From the IMG/VR virus record IMGVR_UViG_3300045540_000070, positions 1-42,950 of that record: a stretch of 42,950 nucleotides of DNA; one strand, 5' to 3'. Both the position numbers and the translations under genes were made by a program. Of this stretch, positions 16,639 through 25,544 are shown piece after piece. This DNA comes from a virus (taxonomy: Duplodnaviria; Caudoviricetes). The notes under the pieces are model-generated. The model was not told the DNA's origin. It did not search any database and saw only the letters and a program-made list of their open reading frames with translations. Within the stretch, counting starts at the first letter, position 1. Every line of letters begins with the position of its first letter.

Positions 16639-16967
16639 ATTTTTATAGGTTTCCTGTTGTTGCCTTTTAGTAGGTTGTTTAATGCTGTTTTAAAACTTTT
16701 TGTTTCTAAATAAATATGCAATTCATTTGCGTTTGTTCCTGCTTGGTATTCTGAAACTTCATAAATACCATTTTCAAAAATAATTTGCATGCCGTCAAAT
16801 TTGGATCCGTGCTTTTTTGAATAGTTGTAAAGGTCAATATTAATTTTAGAAAAATATTGATCCGAATAATCCAGTACTTTAAAAGATATATTTTGCCCCT
16901 GCATTGTATCTGATAAAATTTTGTTTATTATCTTGGTTTCTTGTGCTCCGTGCTCGTATGTTGTCAT
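16629..16967 (-). CDS. hypothetical early protein
   Basis: 112-aa ORF. Confidence 0.55.
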   Translation of the reverse strand: MTTYEHGAQETKIINKILSDTMQGQNISFKVLDYSDQYFSKINIDLYNYSKKHGSKFDGMQIIFENGIYEVSEYQAGTNANELHIYLETKSFKTALNNLLKGNNRKPIKIWN

Positions 16968-17173
16968 GATATAATTATATAATGGTTACTACTTAAGAAA
17001 CTTTTTTTATTTAGTAATATTTCGAAATAGTCCTTTTCGTTTAAAACTGGGTGCCTAAGATCCACTATTTTAAACAGTTCTTTTTTAGTTAGTTTTCTTT
17101 CAAAATCAATTGTTTCATCTTGTACAAAAAAACCGTGTTTATTACTTCCAAATTTGTAAAATGTTGCTGTCAT
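16964..17173 (-). CDS. hypothetical early protein
   Basis: Coupled ORF. Confidence 0.5.
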   Translation of the reverse strand: MTATFYKFGSNKHGFFVQDETIDFERKLTKKELFKIVDLRHPVLNEKDYFEILLNKKSFLSSNHYIIIS

Positions 17174-17315
17174 GTTGTTAGGTATTTGATAATTTCGTTT
17201 TCTTCTTTGTCTGTTAGGGTTAAATTTCCGCTTCTGTAAAGGATTATTATTTCTTGATCCGTTACGTTGTAGCCTAAATTTTTTGATAGTCTTTTTTTGA
17301 TTGTTTCCATGTGAT

Positions 17316-17609
17316 TTAGTTTTTAAGGTCGCGTTTTTTGCAGCCTGTTATTTTATTAGTGTTGTATTTAATATTATTATCCTTGCAATACGTGTATAGG
17401 CTTTGCCCGTAATTAGTACTTATTCTGTTCGCTTCTGTTAGTACTGCTTTGGCTTCTGTTTCGTATTGGTTGCCGTATCCGTATTGAAATGGCAATAAGT
17501 ACGTTTTTTGTTGTTCTGTTCCGTAATCGGTTGTAATTTCTGCGCTAAAGTAACTATTTCCGTTTACTTTATCGAACCATTCTTTTGCTGTGATGTCTAG
17601 TGTTTTCAT
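17316..17609 (-). CDS. hypothetical early protein
   Basis: WFDKVNGNSYFS...PFQYGYG. Confidence 0.65.
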   Translation of the reverse strand: MKTLDITAKEWFDKVNGNSYFSAEITTDYGTEQQKTYLLPFQYGYGNQYETEAKAVLTEANRISTNYGQSLYTYCKDNNIKYNTNKITGCKKRDLKN

Positions 17610-17611
17610 AG

Positions 17612-17974
17612 TTATATATTTATTAAGTGTCCGCTTTTTAATTGTGTGAAATATGTATTTCTAAATTTTCTAAATTCTAAATATTTTTCTGTTTCGTTGT
17701 TTATTTCTTCTTGGTAAAATTTGCCGTAAATATTTGCATAACCTTTGTTTATTTCGTCGATTGCGTTCGCACTACATTCCAGCCAATAACCTAAATGTGA
17801 ATTCATTGTATTATAGTATTTGTGCGCTCCTTTTGTTTCTAGTTTTAAACCAAACGTTAAAAGTAGTTGTTTGTAATTTTCCAACGATAAAAATATCATT
17901 CCGTTATTTATAAGCCTGTTTTTTTCGTCGTTTGTGTATGCTAATTGTGTTTGTTTTTTAATTAAATTTTTCAT
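17612..17974 (-). CDS. hypothetical early protein
   Basis: 120-aa ORF. Confidence 0.55.
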   Translation of the reverse strand: MKNLIKKQTQLAYTNDEKNRLINNGMIFLSLENYKQLLLTFGLKLETKGAHKYYNTMNSHLGYWLECSANAIDEINKGYANIYGKFYQEEINNETEKYLEFRKFRNTYFTQLKSGHLINI

Positions 17975-18056
17975 TATCTTAAAAATTGAGTTAATATGTA
18001 AATTGTTACTAAGCCCGCGAAAATATACTGCTGGCGCTTGTGTTGTAAAAAATGTT

Positions 18057-18245
18057 TCATTGCTTCCATTCGTTTGTGCTTCTTTGTGAGGTGTAAATAC
18101 TAGCGTAACAACTTGAGGTGACGCGGTACTCGTTTTTGAGGCGTTTTAGTTCGGTGCAATAATCTTTATAAGTTGCAAAATCTTTTCTTTCTAATTGGTC
18201 GACTGTTTCAACTCCTTGTGCTGTTTTGATGTTTAAGTATGTCAT
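18057..18245 (-). CDS. hypothetical early protein
   Basis: 62-aa ORF. Confidence 0.55.
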   Translation of the reverse strand: MTYLNIKTAQGVETVDQLERKDFATYKDYCTELKRLKNEYRVTSSCYASIYTSQRSTNEWKQ

Positions 18246-18249
18246 GATG

Positions 18250-18504
18250 TTATTTAAAAAAATAATGGTTTGTTAAGTATTCTATTGTTTCAGTCTCCCA
18301 ATTAAAACACTGTAGCATGTCTTTTTTGCTTATGCGTTGAAAGGTTGCTTTGCTTGGGTTAAATTCCTTTATAGTTTCAACACCTGTAGCGTCGTAAGTT
18401 TTTAAAATTTCGACTAGTTCGGCTCCGCTTTGAAAGATAAAGTTTTTGTTTGTGCTTCGGTATTGGAACGATATAAAAAACGTTCTTAAGTCTGTATTGT
18501 ACAT
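18250..18504 (-). CDS. hypothetical early protein
   Basis: 84-aa ORF. Confidence 0.55.
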   Translation of the reverse strand: MYNTDLRTFFISFQYRSTNKNFIFQSGAELVEILKTYDATGVETIKEFNPSKATFQRISKKDMLQCFNWETETIEYLTNHYFFK

Positions 18505-18505
18505 G

Positions 18506-18787
18506 TTAGAATTTATTTAAAATGTTAGTAAATGAATTATCTTTAAAATCTATATTGATTATGCGGTAGTCTTGCTGTGTGTTATCTACTAGTAGGCTGT
18601 AGGTGTTAACTTCTTCTGTTTTGTCTAGTATTAAAAAAATGTATTGTAACATTTCAAGGTTATCGGGCTGGCTTATAATTACGCTTTTATTATCGTTCAT
18701 TTGCGTTAATCTTATACGATTGCCTTTTGTGTTGGTTACTGGTAAAAATTTAACTTTCAAGCCTGTGGTGTTTGTTTGTCTTTTCAT
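18506..18787 (-). CDS. first gene of the leftward early operon, hypothetical
   Basis: KFLPVTNTKGNRIRL motif; follows the hammerhead. Confidence 0.6.
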   Translation of the reverse strand: MKRQTNTTGLKVKFLPVTNTKGNRIRLTQMNDNKSVIISQPDNLEMLQYIFLILDKTEEVNTYSLLVDNTQQDYRIINIDFKDNSFTNILNKF

Positions 18788-18801
18788 GATGTTATGTGTT
18801 T

Positions 18802-18852
18802 ACGTTTCGCTATTCTGTAGCTCGTCAGTACGGCTATTTTATCCGTATACGT
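18802..18852 (-). ncRNA. Hammerhead ribozyme, type III
   Basis: Minus strand: ACG-UA^ UACGG auaaaauag CCGUA CUGACGA GCUA cagaa UAGC GAAA CGU; complete core and three helices. Confidence 0.9.
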
Positions 18853-19058
18853 TTACTAGTCTATCCCTATTTAGGTAGCTCTAGGACTTCGGTTTTTATA
18901 CCTGAGTAGTCTTACCCTATTTTATACCGTTTTATCGGTTCCGCTACTTTTTAAAACTGTAGTCTCGTTTAACATTTTAAGGGGTTGCGCCTAACCTGTT
19001 AAGATATCCTTTTAACTTATTGATTATTTTAAACTTTCGTTTGTCACTTTCAACACTG

Positions 19059-19066
19059 CAAACATA
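19059..19066 (-). promoter_or_regulatory. Bacteroidetes -7 box of the early operon
   Basis: TATGTTTG about 270 nt upstream of 18787. Confidence 0.55.
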
Positions 19067-19145
19067 CGGAGGATATCAAATACAAACCTAATTTTTAAAC
19101 GTTAATTATTTGTTAATGTTTTAAAACGTCAATGTTTATAAGGGT

Positions 19146-19763
19146 TTAAATTAATTTTAATTGTGTGTTATTTATTATTTTGTTTGATTTCATTAAATCA
19201 TCCATCGCCCAAAGAGGTTGAAAGTTTGTATAATGATTAAGTTTTATTAATTCGTTTTCACTCTTTGCGCTTGATATTGGTATAATGTGATCCAGGTGCC
19301 AAAGGTTTTTATTTTCCCAATTCATACCTTTTGAAAATTGTATTTCTATATAGTTTTTAAAATCTTCAAATGAACATCCTAAAATTTCATGGGTTCTGGA
19401 TGCTTTTGTATAACCTCTTTTTGTTATTGAGTTTCTTATTGCGGTTCTTATTATTGCGGTTAATCTAAATAAAGGATCTATTTGTTTTTTATTTTTAACG
19501 TATAGACTTATTCTGTCTTTATTTTTTAAATAACTTATTCTGTTTCTTTCTTTTTTGGTCAATGTCGATTTTAATACTTTTCTTTCTATCGTCAAAGATT
19601 GTTTTGCTAGTCTTAAAAGTTTTTTATTTTCAGCCTCTCTTAGTTTGGTTCCTTTTTGATAGTCATTTAATTGCTTTGCTACTTGGTCAATTTGGTACTT
19701 ATTAATCGCGTCTCTCGCCTCGTCAATTGATTGCTTAATGTAGTTTTCGTTTCTGTATTTCAT
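19146..19763 (-). CDS. HNH endonuclease-like protein (paralog of 15277..15915)
   Basis: LGCSFEDFK...WHLDHIIP...LIKLNHYTNFQPLWAMDD. Confidence 0.85.
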   Translation of the reverse strand: MKYRNENYIKQSIDEARDAINKYQIDQVAKQLNDYQKGTKLREAENKKLLRLAKQSLTIERKVLKSTLTKKERNRISYLKNKDRISLYVKNKKQIDPLFRLTAIIRTAIRNSITKRGYTKASRTHEILGCSFEDFKNYIEIQFSKGMNWENKNLWHLDHIIPISSAKSENELIKLNHYTNFQPLWAMDDLMKSNKIINNTQLKLI

Positions 19764-19774
19764 AGTAAATAAAA

Positions 19775-19873
19775 AATCCTTTAGCTTTCAGCATGGCGGT
19801 GCTTACTAACTAAAGGATTATAAAAATATTTTCGATTGCAATAAACCCGCCAGAGTATTACGTTGCAAAGATA
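19775..19873 (-). promoter_or_regulatory. TATCTTTG promoter plus structured leader, copy 2
   Basis: Interleaved inverted repeats 19847-19852/19794-19799 and 19810-19819/19775-19784. Confidence 0.6.
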
Positions 19874-20541
19874 AAACGATTAAAACTATTTTATTTAAGC
19901 GAATTATAACAAATTGTTATATTTATAACACTATGTTATGAAGTAACGGATATTAACCATAGTAAAAATCTATTGCGGTATAGAGAATGTCTATTGTTTA
20001 TATTTAGTCATTGATTGATTGTATTTGATTGTTTTGGGTTGGTGTGGGATAAGACAGCACGTGCGACCTCCTAAAACTTATTTTAAGGTACATTTAAACC
20101 AATATTATAAACCAATACATACACTAGCATCAAAACGTCGAGTTTGTGCCTTAGAATCAAAATACCAATAAAATAAAGGCGTGACAAATATATCTCAGTG
20201 TTTACGGGGCTTGCGTCGATTATACCTACTTACTACCAGGTAAAGTGTCGTTTTTAAAAAAGTTTGTCATGGGCTTGCGGTCAATGGTAGTAAGGCTTAA
20301 GAAAGATTTATTTTCTTTATTCTTATATTATTATTTTTTTATGAGTTTAAAAAAAAAAGAATAAGTATATATTGTATATGGCTCTATATATACCCTATAA
20401 TATTTACACTATATACCAAAATATACTATTAGCCCAATGATATCAACATTCTATCTATGTTTTTTAACTGGTTGCAAAGTGTCGGTACTACCAGATAAAA
20501 ACATATATTTAAGTATTTATTTATATATTGGTTTATTTTTG

Positions 20542-20643
20542 TATCTTTGTATTTCGGTTGCGGTCTCAAAAAAAGCAATCTAAAAATATTAAGCCCTTTA
20601 TTTTATTTGTAAACTTGAGACCTTGCAAATTTTATTCAGGGCT
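20542..20643 (+). promoter_or_regulatory. TATCTTTG promoter plus structured leader, copy 3
   Basis: ggtctcaa/ttgagacc interleaved with agccct/agggct. Confidence 0.55.
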
Positions 20644-20660
20644 ATTTTAATTTATATAAC

Positions 20661-20957
20661 ATGGAAAGATTTTGTTTTGCTTGCCGAACTAAAAAAGATG
20701 TTCGTAAATTCTCACCTGATCCGTTTAATAAAAAAGACGGGCTTTCGACTTGTTGCGCACAATGTAATAAGGAACTTTATAAACGTATGGATGCTAAAAT
20801 GGTTTATGATACTAACAACTTAAAAGCGCGCGAAAAAGAAAGGAAGCGCAAAGCCGAAGTTTTAAGGCTTGAAAATTTAAAGGAGTTAGAATATATCAAA
20901 GCAAAGAAACAGCGTGCCTATGATCTTGCAATGATGTTACAGAAGCGAGACAACTAA
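20661..20957 (+). CDS. Zn-finger protein resembling the HNH N-terminal domain, without a nuclease domain
   Basis: CFAC...F....KKDGL...CAQC. Confidence 0.65.
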   Translation: MERFCFACRTKKDVRKFSPDPFNKKDGLSTCCAQCNKELYKRMDAKMVYDTNNLKAREKERKRKAEVLRLENLKELEYIKAKKQRAYDLAMMLQKRDN

Positions 20958-20961
20958 CAAC

Positions 20962-20991
20962 AAAAACCCCGCCTAGCACGTGGGGTTTTTT
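20962..20991 (+). terminator. intrinsic terminator
   Basis: aaaaacccc...ggggtttttt. Confidence 0.7.
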
Positions 20992-21244
20992 ACGGCTAGC
21001 CTAGCCGACAACAAACGACTACAAGCGACAACAAGCGCAATGTAAGGCTTTGATGTTGGTGCCGTCCCTGAGGCGTGGCAAAAAAGCCAAAAATTTGAGG
21101 TGAAAAGTTGGAAATGGTAGGGGGAGGGGTAAAAATAGATAGGTTTTCTTTTGGGGAAGGATTGCGTAGAACAGTAGGTTATCTCAATACCATGCATACA
21201 CAATAAAAATTTTTTTACCAATTTTTTTTCATTACCTTTACCAC

Positions 21245-21373
21245 ATGATAGAAATAGGATTTACAAACGGACCATTACTAGGCTTTGAATTGAATTACGC
21301 GGACGAAGATTATCCGAACAACGAGTTTTCAATCTACTTGTTTATTGTCGGTATAACATTTAGTTGGTATTAA
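21245..21373 (+). CDS. small protein (42 aa)
   Basis: Translated by hand: MIEIGFTNGPLLGFELNY...ITFSWY. Confidence 0.5.
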   Translation: MIEIGFTNGPLLGFELNYADEDYPNNEFSIYLFIVGITFSWY

Positions 21374-21399
21374 TTTGTATCTTTGCAAAAAAAACAACT

Positions 21400-21777
21400 A
21401 TGGCAATTAAAAGAGATACTCCTTTATCCATGACTCCAGACCCAAAATTTACTTCCTTAAAGGACAGTATTAATCCAAGAAAAACTTGGCAACAAATGTC
21501 TGTAATTGAAAAGGGCGATAAGAAAAAAGAACTCGTAAGCAAGGGCGGTGTCGGAAGGTTTAATGAATACAAAGACTCTATAAGTAAGGACGCTAGTAAT
21601 AGAGTAAATAAGCAATTTGAAAAAAATGCAGCGACAAGAGGAATGACTGTAGAGCAATTAAGAAAAGATAATAAAAAACCTAGTATCGGAATAGAAGGAT
21701 TGGCAGGAGAAAAAAATACAAAATCTTCTTTAAAGTCGCCATGCAAAGGAGGGACATTAACAAGTTGTAATAAATAA
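21400..21777 (+). CDS. basic hypothetical protein
   Basis: Start MAIKRDT follows a TATCTTTG box (21378-21385). Confidence 0.6.
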   Translation: MAIKRDTPLSMTPDPKFTSLKDSINPRKTWQQMSVIEKGDKKKELVSKGGVGRFNEYKDSISKDASNRVNKQFEKNAATRGMTVEQLRKDNKKPSIGIEGLAGEKNTKSSLKSPCKGGTLTSCNK

Positions 21778-21780
21778 ATT

Positions 21781-21951
21781 ATGAGTATAAACAACCCGAT
21801 GCCAGACCAAACAATTGGCATCACGAAAATAGTAAGAGCTGCTAAGGCTCAGAAAGAAGTTAAGAAGACCATGCGAATGGCTAACGCTATGGCTATGGCA
21901 GATGCTATGAAGCAAGGTCCATTGAGTCACAATATAATTATGAAGAAGTAG
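21781..21951 (+). CDS. small Met/Ala/Lys-rich protein (56 aa)
   Basis: Translated by hand: MSINNPMPDQTIGITKIVRAAKAQKEVKK... Confidence 0.5.
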   Translation: MSINNPMPDQTIGITKIVRAAKAQKEVKKTMRMANAMAMADAMKQGPLSHNIIMKK

Positions 21952-22143
21952 GTATAAGGATTGGGGCGTTTCCTGGTCGACCACAATTAATTTTGTGAAT
22001 GTTATATTTTAGTAAAGTATAACAAGAAAGCGTATGTCTTAAGTGATATGCGCTTTTTGCGTTATATATCCGTCACTAAGCCAATATATATAATACATTA
22101 AAAAAAGTTGTATATTTGCCCTATAAAACTTAAATAAAATATA

Positions 22144-23745
22144 ATGAGTACAGGATATTCTCCGAAGGACCTATTATTCGACAAAGAAGGTAGGGATAAA
22201 TTAATTAACGGCATCACTACAATGTCTAAAGCAGTAAAGAGCACACTCGGTCCACGAGGTAAAACAGTGTTAATTGAAAGTCCAAATCACACGCATGGAA
22301 TTACGGTCACAAAAGATGGAATTTCAGTAGCAAAGTCAATTTTCTTATTAGACCCAGTAGAAAACTTAGCGGTAAAAATGATGAAAGAAGCAGCTGATCG
22401 TACAGCCACAAGTGCTGGTGATGGGACTACAACTTCTATCGTACTTACAGAAGCAATTGTACTACAAGGTCAAGAGCTTTTGAACGACAAACATAATGTA
22501 ACAGAAGTAATACGACACATTAACGACATTACGACATCAATCGTATCAAGATTAGAAAAGAAAGCAAAGAAAGTTAGTGGTAAAACATTACGTAATGTAG
22601 CATCAATATCAGCGAATAACGATTCGGAACTTGGGGCTATAATCGCTGGTACGTACGAAAAGGTCGGTAAGGACGGTATTGTAACAATCGAAGACTCTCA
22701 GACATCGGAGACATATACGAGTGTAACAAATGGTATTAAGATAGAAAGAGGATATACATCTAATATGTTTGTTAACGACCATAAGAAAGACGAGTGCATT
22801 TTAGACAACGTATTAGTATTGGTTACCGACCAGGAGATTAGTAATATTTTATCTATTGAAAAGATATTAAAGACTGTTATTCAAGAGCAGAAGAAGTTAT
22901 TAATTATCGGTACTTGTAGTCAAAACGTAATTAATACACTAGCCGCAAACGTAGTAAAGAACAACCTTAAGCTATGTAATATTATACCTCCTCAGTTTGG
23001 GTACAAGAGGAATGAGTTGATGGGTGATATTGCGTTGGCTGTAGGTGCTAAGTACTTCTCAGAGAGCACAGGAGACGATTTGAGTTTAATGGAGATTAAT
23101 GATTTAGGAAAAGCAGACAAGATTATTGTAGGAAGAGATAATACAGTAATTGTACGTTCAGAAATTGCAACAGATGAAGTAACTCAAAGAGTAGCTCAAC
23201 TATGGGATGCTTATAACTTATCGGATAAAAAGGCAGACAAGGACTTTATCAAGCAACGTATCGCTAGTTTAACAGGTGGTATTGGAGTTATTTATGTAGG
23301 TGGTAACTCAGACCTTGAGCAAAAGGAACGTAAGGATAGGGTTGACGACGCTGTATGTGCGGTTAGGTCTGCGTTAGAGGAAGGTATCTTACCAGGTGGT
23401 GGATTAGCCTTGTTCAGTGAGTCTTACAGTATTATTGCTGATGCAGACGATACAATTGACGATATTAGTCCAAATAAGTATGTGGCTATGCATATTATGG
23501 CACGTGCAATACAATCACCACTCTTGCAGATTATGACTAATGCTGGATTGGACGGATATGAGGTAATGGAGTTATCGTTTGTTAAGGACTGGGGGTATGA
23601 TGTTAAGAATGAGGTGTATGGAGACATGTTTAAGATGGGTATTATCGACCCATTAAAGGTAACAAAGAACGCACTTAAGAACGCAGTAAGCGTAGCAACG
23701 ACAATATTAAGTACAAATGCAATTATAACAATAACACGAGCGTAA
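22144..23745 (+). CDS. groEL: phage chaperonin GroEL
   Basis: TLGPRG, TKDGISVAK, GDGTTT, ILPGGG, IIDPLKV; TATATTTG box at 22111-22118. Confidence 0.97.
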   Translation: MSTGYSPKDLLFDKEGRDKLINGITTMSKAVKSTLGPRGKTVLIESPNHTHGITVTKDGISVAKSIFLLDPVENLAVKMMKEAADRTATSAGDGTTTSIVLTEAIVLQGQELLNDKHNVTEVIRHINDITTSIVSRLEKKAKKVSGKTLRNVASISANNDSELGAIIAGTYEKVGKDGIVTIEDSQTSETYTSVTNGIKIERGYTSNMFVNDHKKDECILDNVLVLVTDQEISNILSIEKILKTVIQEQKKLLIIGTCSQNVINTLAANVVKNNLKLCNIIPPQFGYKRNELMGDIALAVGAKYFSESTGDDLSLMEINDLGKADKIIVGRDNTVIVRSEIATDEVTQRVAQLWDAYNLSDKKADKDFIKQRIASLTGGIGVIYVGGNSDLEQKERKDRVDDAVCAVRSALEEGILPGGGLALFSESYSIIADADDTIDDISPNKYVAMHIMARAIQSPLLQIMTNAGLDGYEVMELSFVKDWGYDVKNEVYGDMFKMGIIDPLKVTKNALKNAVSVATTILSTNAIITITRA

Positions 23746-24012
23746 ATGAGTAACTTTCAACCAATAAACAAATATATAATCATCAAAACGATTGATGAAG
23801 AGATAAAAACAGAATCAGGGTTGCTACTTACTGGTAGTGATGCTGATAAGTTTAGATACAAGAAAGGATTAGTAGTAAAACCAGGTACTAATGTAGAAGT
23901 AATCAAAGAAAACGACTTAATTTACTACGATAAAGGAGCTGGCTATACTATGTTGATTGAAAACGTGCCTTACACGATTATTCGGGAGGCTGATGTGGTG
24001 GTAGTCCTCTAG
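23746..24012 (+). CDS. groES: co-chaperonin GroES
   Basis: QPINKYIII...KTESGLLL...YTIIREADVVVVL, directly after groEL. Confidence 0.9.
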   Translation: MSNFQPINKYIIIKTIDEEIKTESGLLLTGSDADKFRYKKGLVVKPGTNVEVIKENDLIYYDKGAGYTMLIENVPYTIIREADVVVVL

Positions 24013-24541
24013 CTGCTCTATATTTTATTACATGAGGCTGCTGTTGATGGAGGTCACTCTCTATTTTCCGCAGCCTTCTTCTTTCAGCATAGTTTCGGTT
24101 CATATTTTTAATAGTACGCTTGTACATATTGTCAGTATACGAAACTCTTTTATTAAATAATGCGTTATGTTGCCTTGTTTCAGATATAGGTTCTTCTCCG
24201 TTTAGCTTTTTATAAACAGAGGTTATCATTCTCTTTCCATTGCTAGATATTTCGTACAAAGCACTCTCGTTTCCAACACGCTCCCTCCATTTTGTAATCC
24301 AACCATCACTCACAAGCCTATTAAATCTATCTTTATCCCAACTAAACGTACATTCGTGTTCTTGGAATTGTTTTCTAGTGAATAATTTTTCAGAATATAG
24401 ATAGCATACCATATCAAAATCTGAATTATTAATCTTGTAATTTTTCTTAGCCCAATACTTTACTATCCTAAAATATTTAAGATAATCAAATCCAGGCTCT
24501 ATTCTATTGTAGTTTTTACGTAAATTTACTTTAAAGTCCAT
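23978..24541 (-). CDS. putative winged-helix transcription regulator
   Basis: FNRLVSDGWITKWR...LYEISSNGK wHTH-like pattern; the only minus-strand gene in the right arm. Confidence 0.6.
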   Translation of the reverse strand: MDFKVNLRKNYNRIEPGFDYLKYFRIVKYWAKKNYKINNSDFDMVCYLYSEKLFTRKQFQEHECTFSWDKDRFNRLVSDGWITKWRERVGNESALYEISSNGKRMITSVYKKLNGEEPISETRQHNALFNKRVSYTDNMYKRTIKNMNRNYAERRRLRKIESDLHQQQPHVIKYRAARGLPPHQPPE

Positions 24542-24555
24542 TATATTTAATTTTA

Positions 24556-24571
24556 TATCTTTGCAAAGATA
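24556..24571. promoter_or_regulatory. palindromic bidirectional -7 promoter
   Basis: TATCTTTGCAAAGATA, a perfect 16-bp palindrome. Confidence 0.7.
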
Positions 24572-24583
24572 AAACAAAAAATA

Positions 24584-24709
24584 ATGTCACTAAAAAAGAC
24601 AGTAGCTTTAGCTAAAAAATGGGACTCAAAAAAATCTTTAGATGGAAAGATGTCTTATCTAAAGGGTAACGTTAAAAAACAAGGAGATGCCGTTAAAAAG
24701 GGGAGGTAG
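24584..24709 (+). CDS. small Lys-rich protein (41 aa)
   Basis: Translated by hand: [22 protein letters not shown]... Confidence 0.5.
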   Translation: MSLKKTVALAKKWDSKKSLDGKMSYLKGNVKKQGDAVKKGR

Positions 24710-24827
24710 TTCGAAAGTAATAAGTTCAAATATTAGAACAGAAATGAAAAAACATCCATCAATGAAACAAAAGCAAGCAGTAGCTATAGCTTTATCTGTT
24801 GCTGGTAAAAGTAAGAAAAAGAAATAA
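24687..24827 (+). CDS. small basic protein (MPLK...QAVAIALS type)
   Basis: [46 protein letters not shown]. Confidence 0.65.
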   Translation: MPLKRGGSSKVISSNIRTEMKKHPSMKQKQAVAIALSVAGKSKKKK

Positions 24828-25405
24828 TGGCAAACGAAAATGATTCAATACCAATGAAAAACTCTGCATTAGCCGCAATAGCTAAAAAGAGAGTTTCTCA
24901 AGAAAACGGAACTAAGACAATTGACCCGCCAATTACAAGGTCTCAAACTACAGACCCTGAAACTGGTGCTGTTACATATAGACAGTCTTGGAGTAATACT
25001 GCTGTAAATAGGTCAACTACTCCAGCAAGTAAAAAATCTGTTTCAAAATCACCATCAATATCTCCAGTTGGCTCTAAAGTAAAATCTTCTAAAACAGTTA
25101 CTACAGGTTCAAGAGAGGTTACATCTGCTTCTATTCCTACTGCTTCTGGAGCTAAGAAAACTAATATTACGGCTCCTCTTATGAAGAAATCTGATAAATT
25201 CACTCCTACTACTCAGAAAGAAAAGGTTGTTGAGAAAAAAATAGAAGACTATAGTAAAAATAAAGCATCTGACGAATCTTTTGATCAATATAGAAAAAGA
25301 ATCCAAGAAAGAGCTAATATAAATTCTGAAAAAGCAAAAAGTAGTAAGCCATCTGGCTCAATATTAACAGATAAAAATAAAGGGGCAACCTGTAAAACTT
25401 GTTAA
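24827..25405 (+). CDS. low-complexity S/T/K-rich protein
   Basis: 192-aa coupled ORF. Confidence 0.6.
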   Translation: MANENDSIPMKNSALAAIAKKRVSQENGTKTIDPPITRSQTTDPETGAVTYRQSWSNTAVNRSTTPASKKSVSKSPSISPVGSKVKSSKTVTTGSREVTSASIPTASGAKKTNITAPLMKKSDKFTPTTQKEKVVEKKIEDYSKNKASDESFDQYRKRIQERANINSEKAKSSKPSGSILTDKNKGATCKTC

Positions 25406-25406
25406 A

Positions 25407-25544
25407 ATGATAAAAGAAAAAACAACTGGAGAAATGTATTCATCTAAAAAAGCAATGATGAAGCACGAAAAAATGGAAGGTCCTAAAATGCGTATGGCAG
25501 AAAAAAAAGGAACTAAAACTTTAATGAAAGTTAAGAAGAAGTAA
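25407..25544 (+). CDS. small Lys/Met-rich protein (45 aa)
   Basis: Translated by hand: MIKEKTTGEMYSSKKAMMKHEKMEG... Confidence 0.55.
   Translation: MIKEKTTGEMYSSKKAMMKHEKMEGPKMRMAEKKGTKTLMKVKKK

Noticed and set aside
18860-18960. Second ribozyme (twister or HDV-like) in the early leader
   Set aside because: Helices are present but I could not place the conserved core or pseudoknots.
15277-19873. IscB/OMEGA (HEARO)-type RNA-guided system
   Set aside because: The proteins are ~210 aa with no RuvC motifs and the leaders are only ~100 nt; kept only as a structured leader finding.
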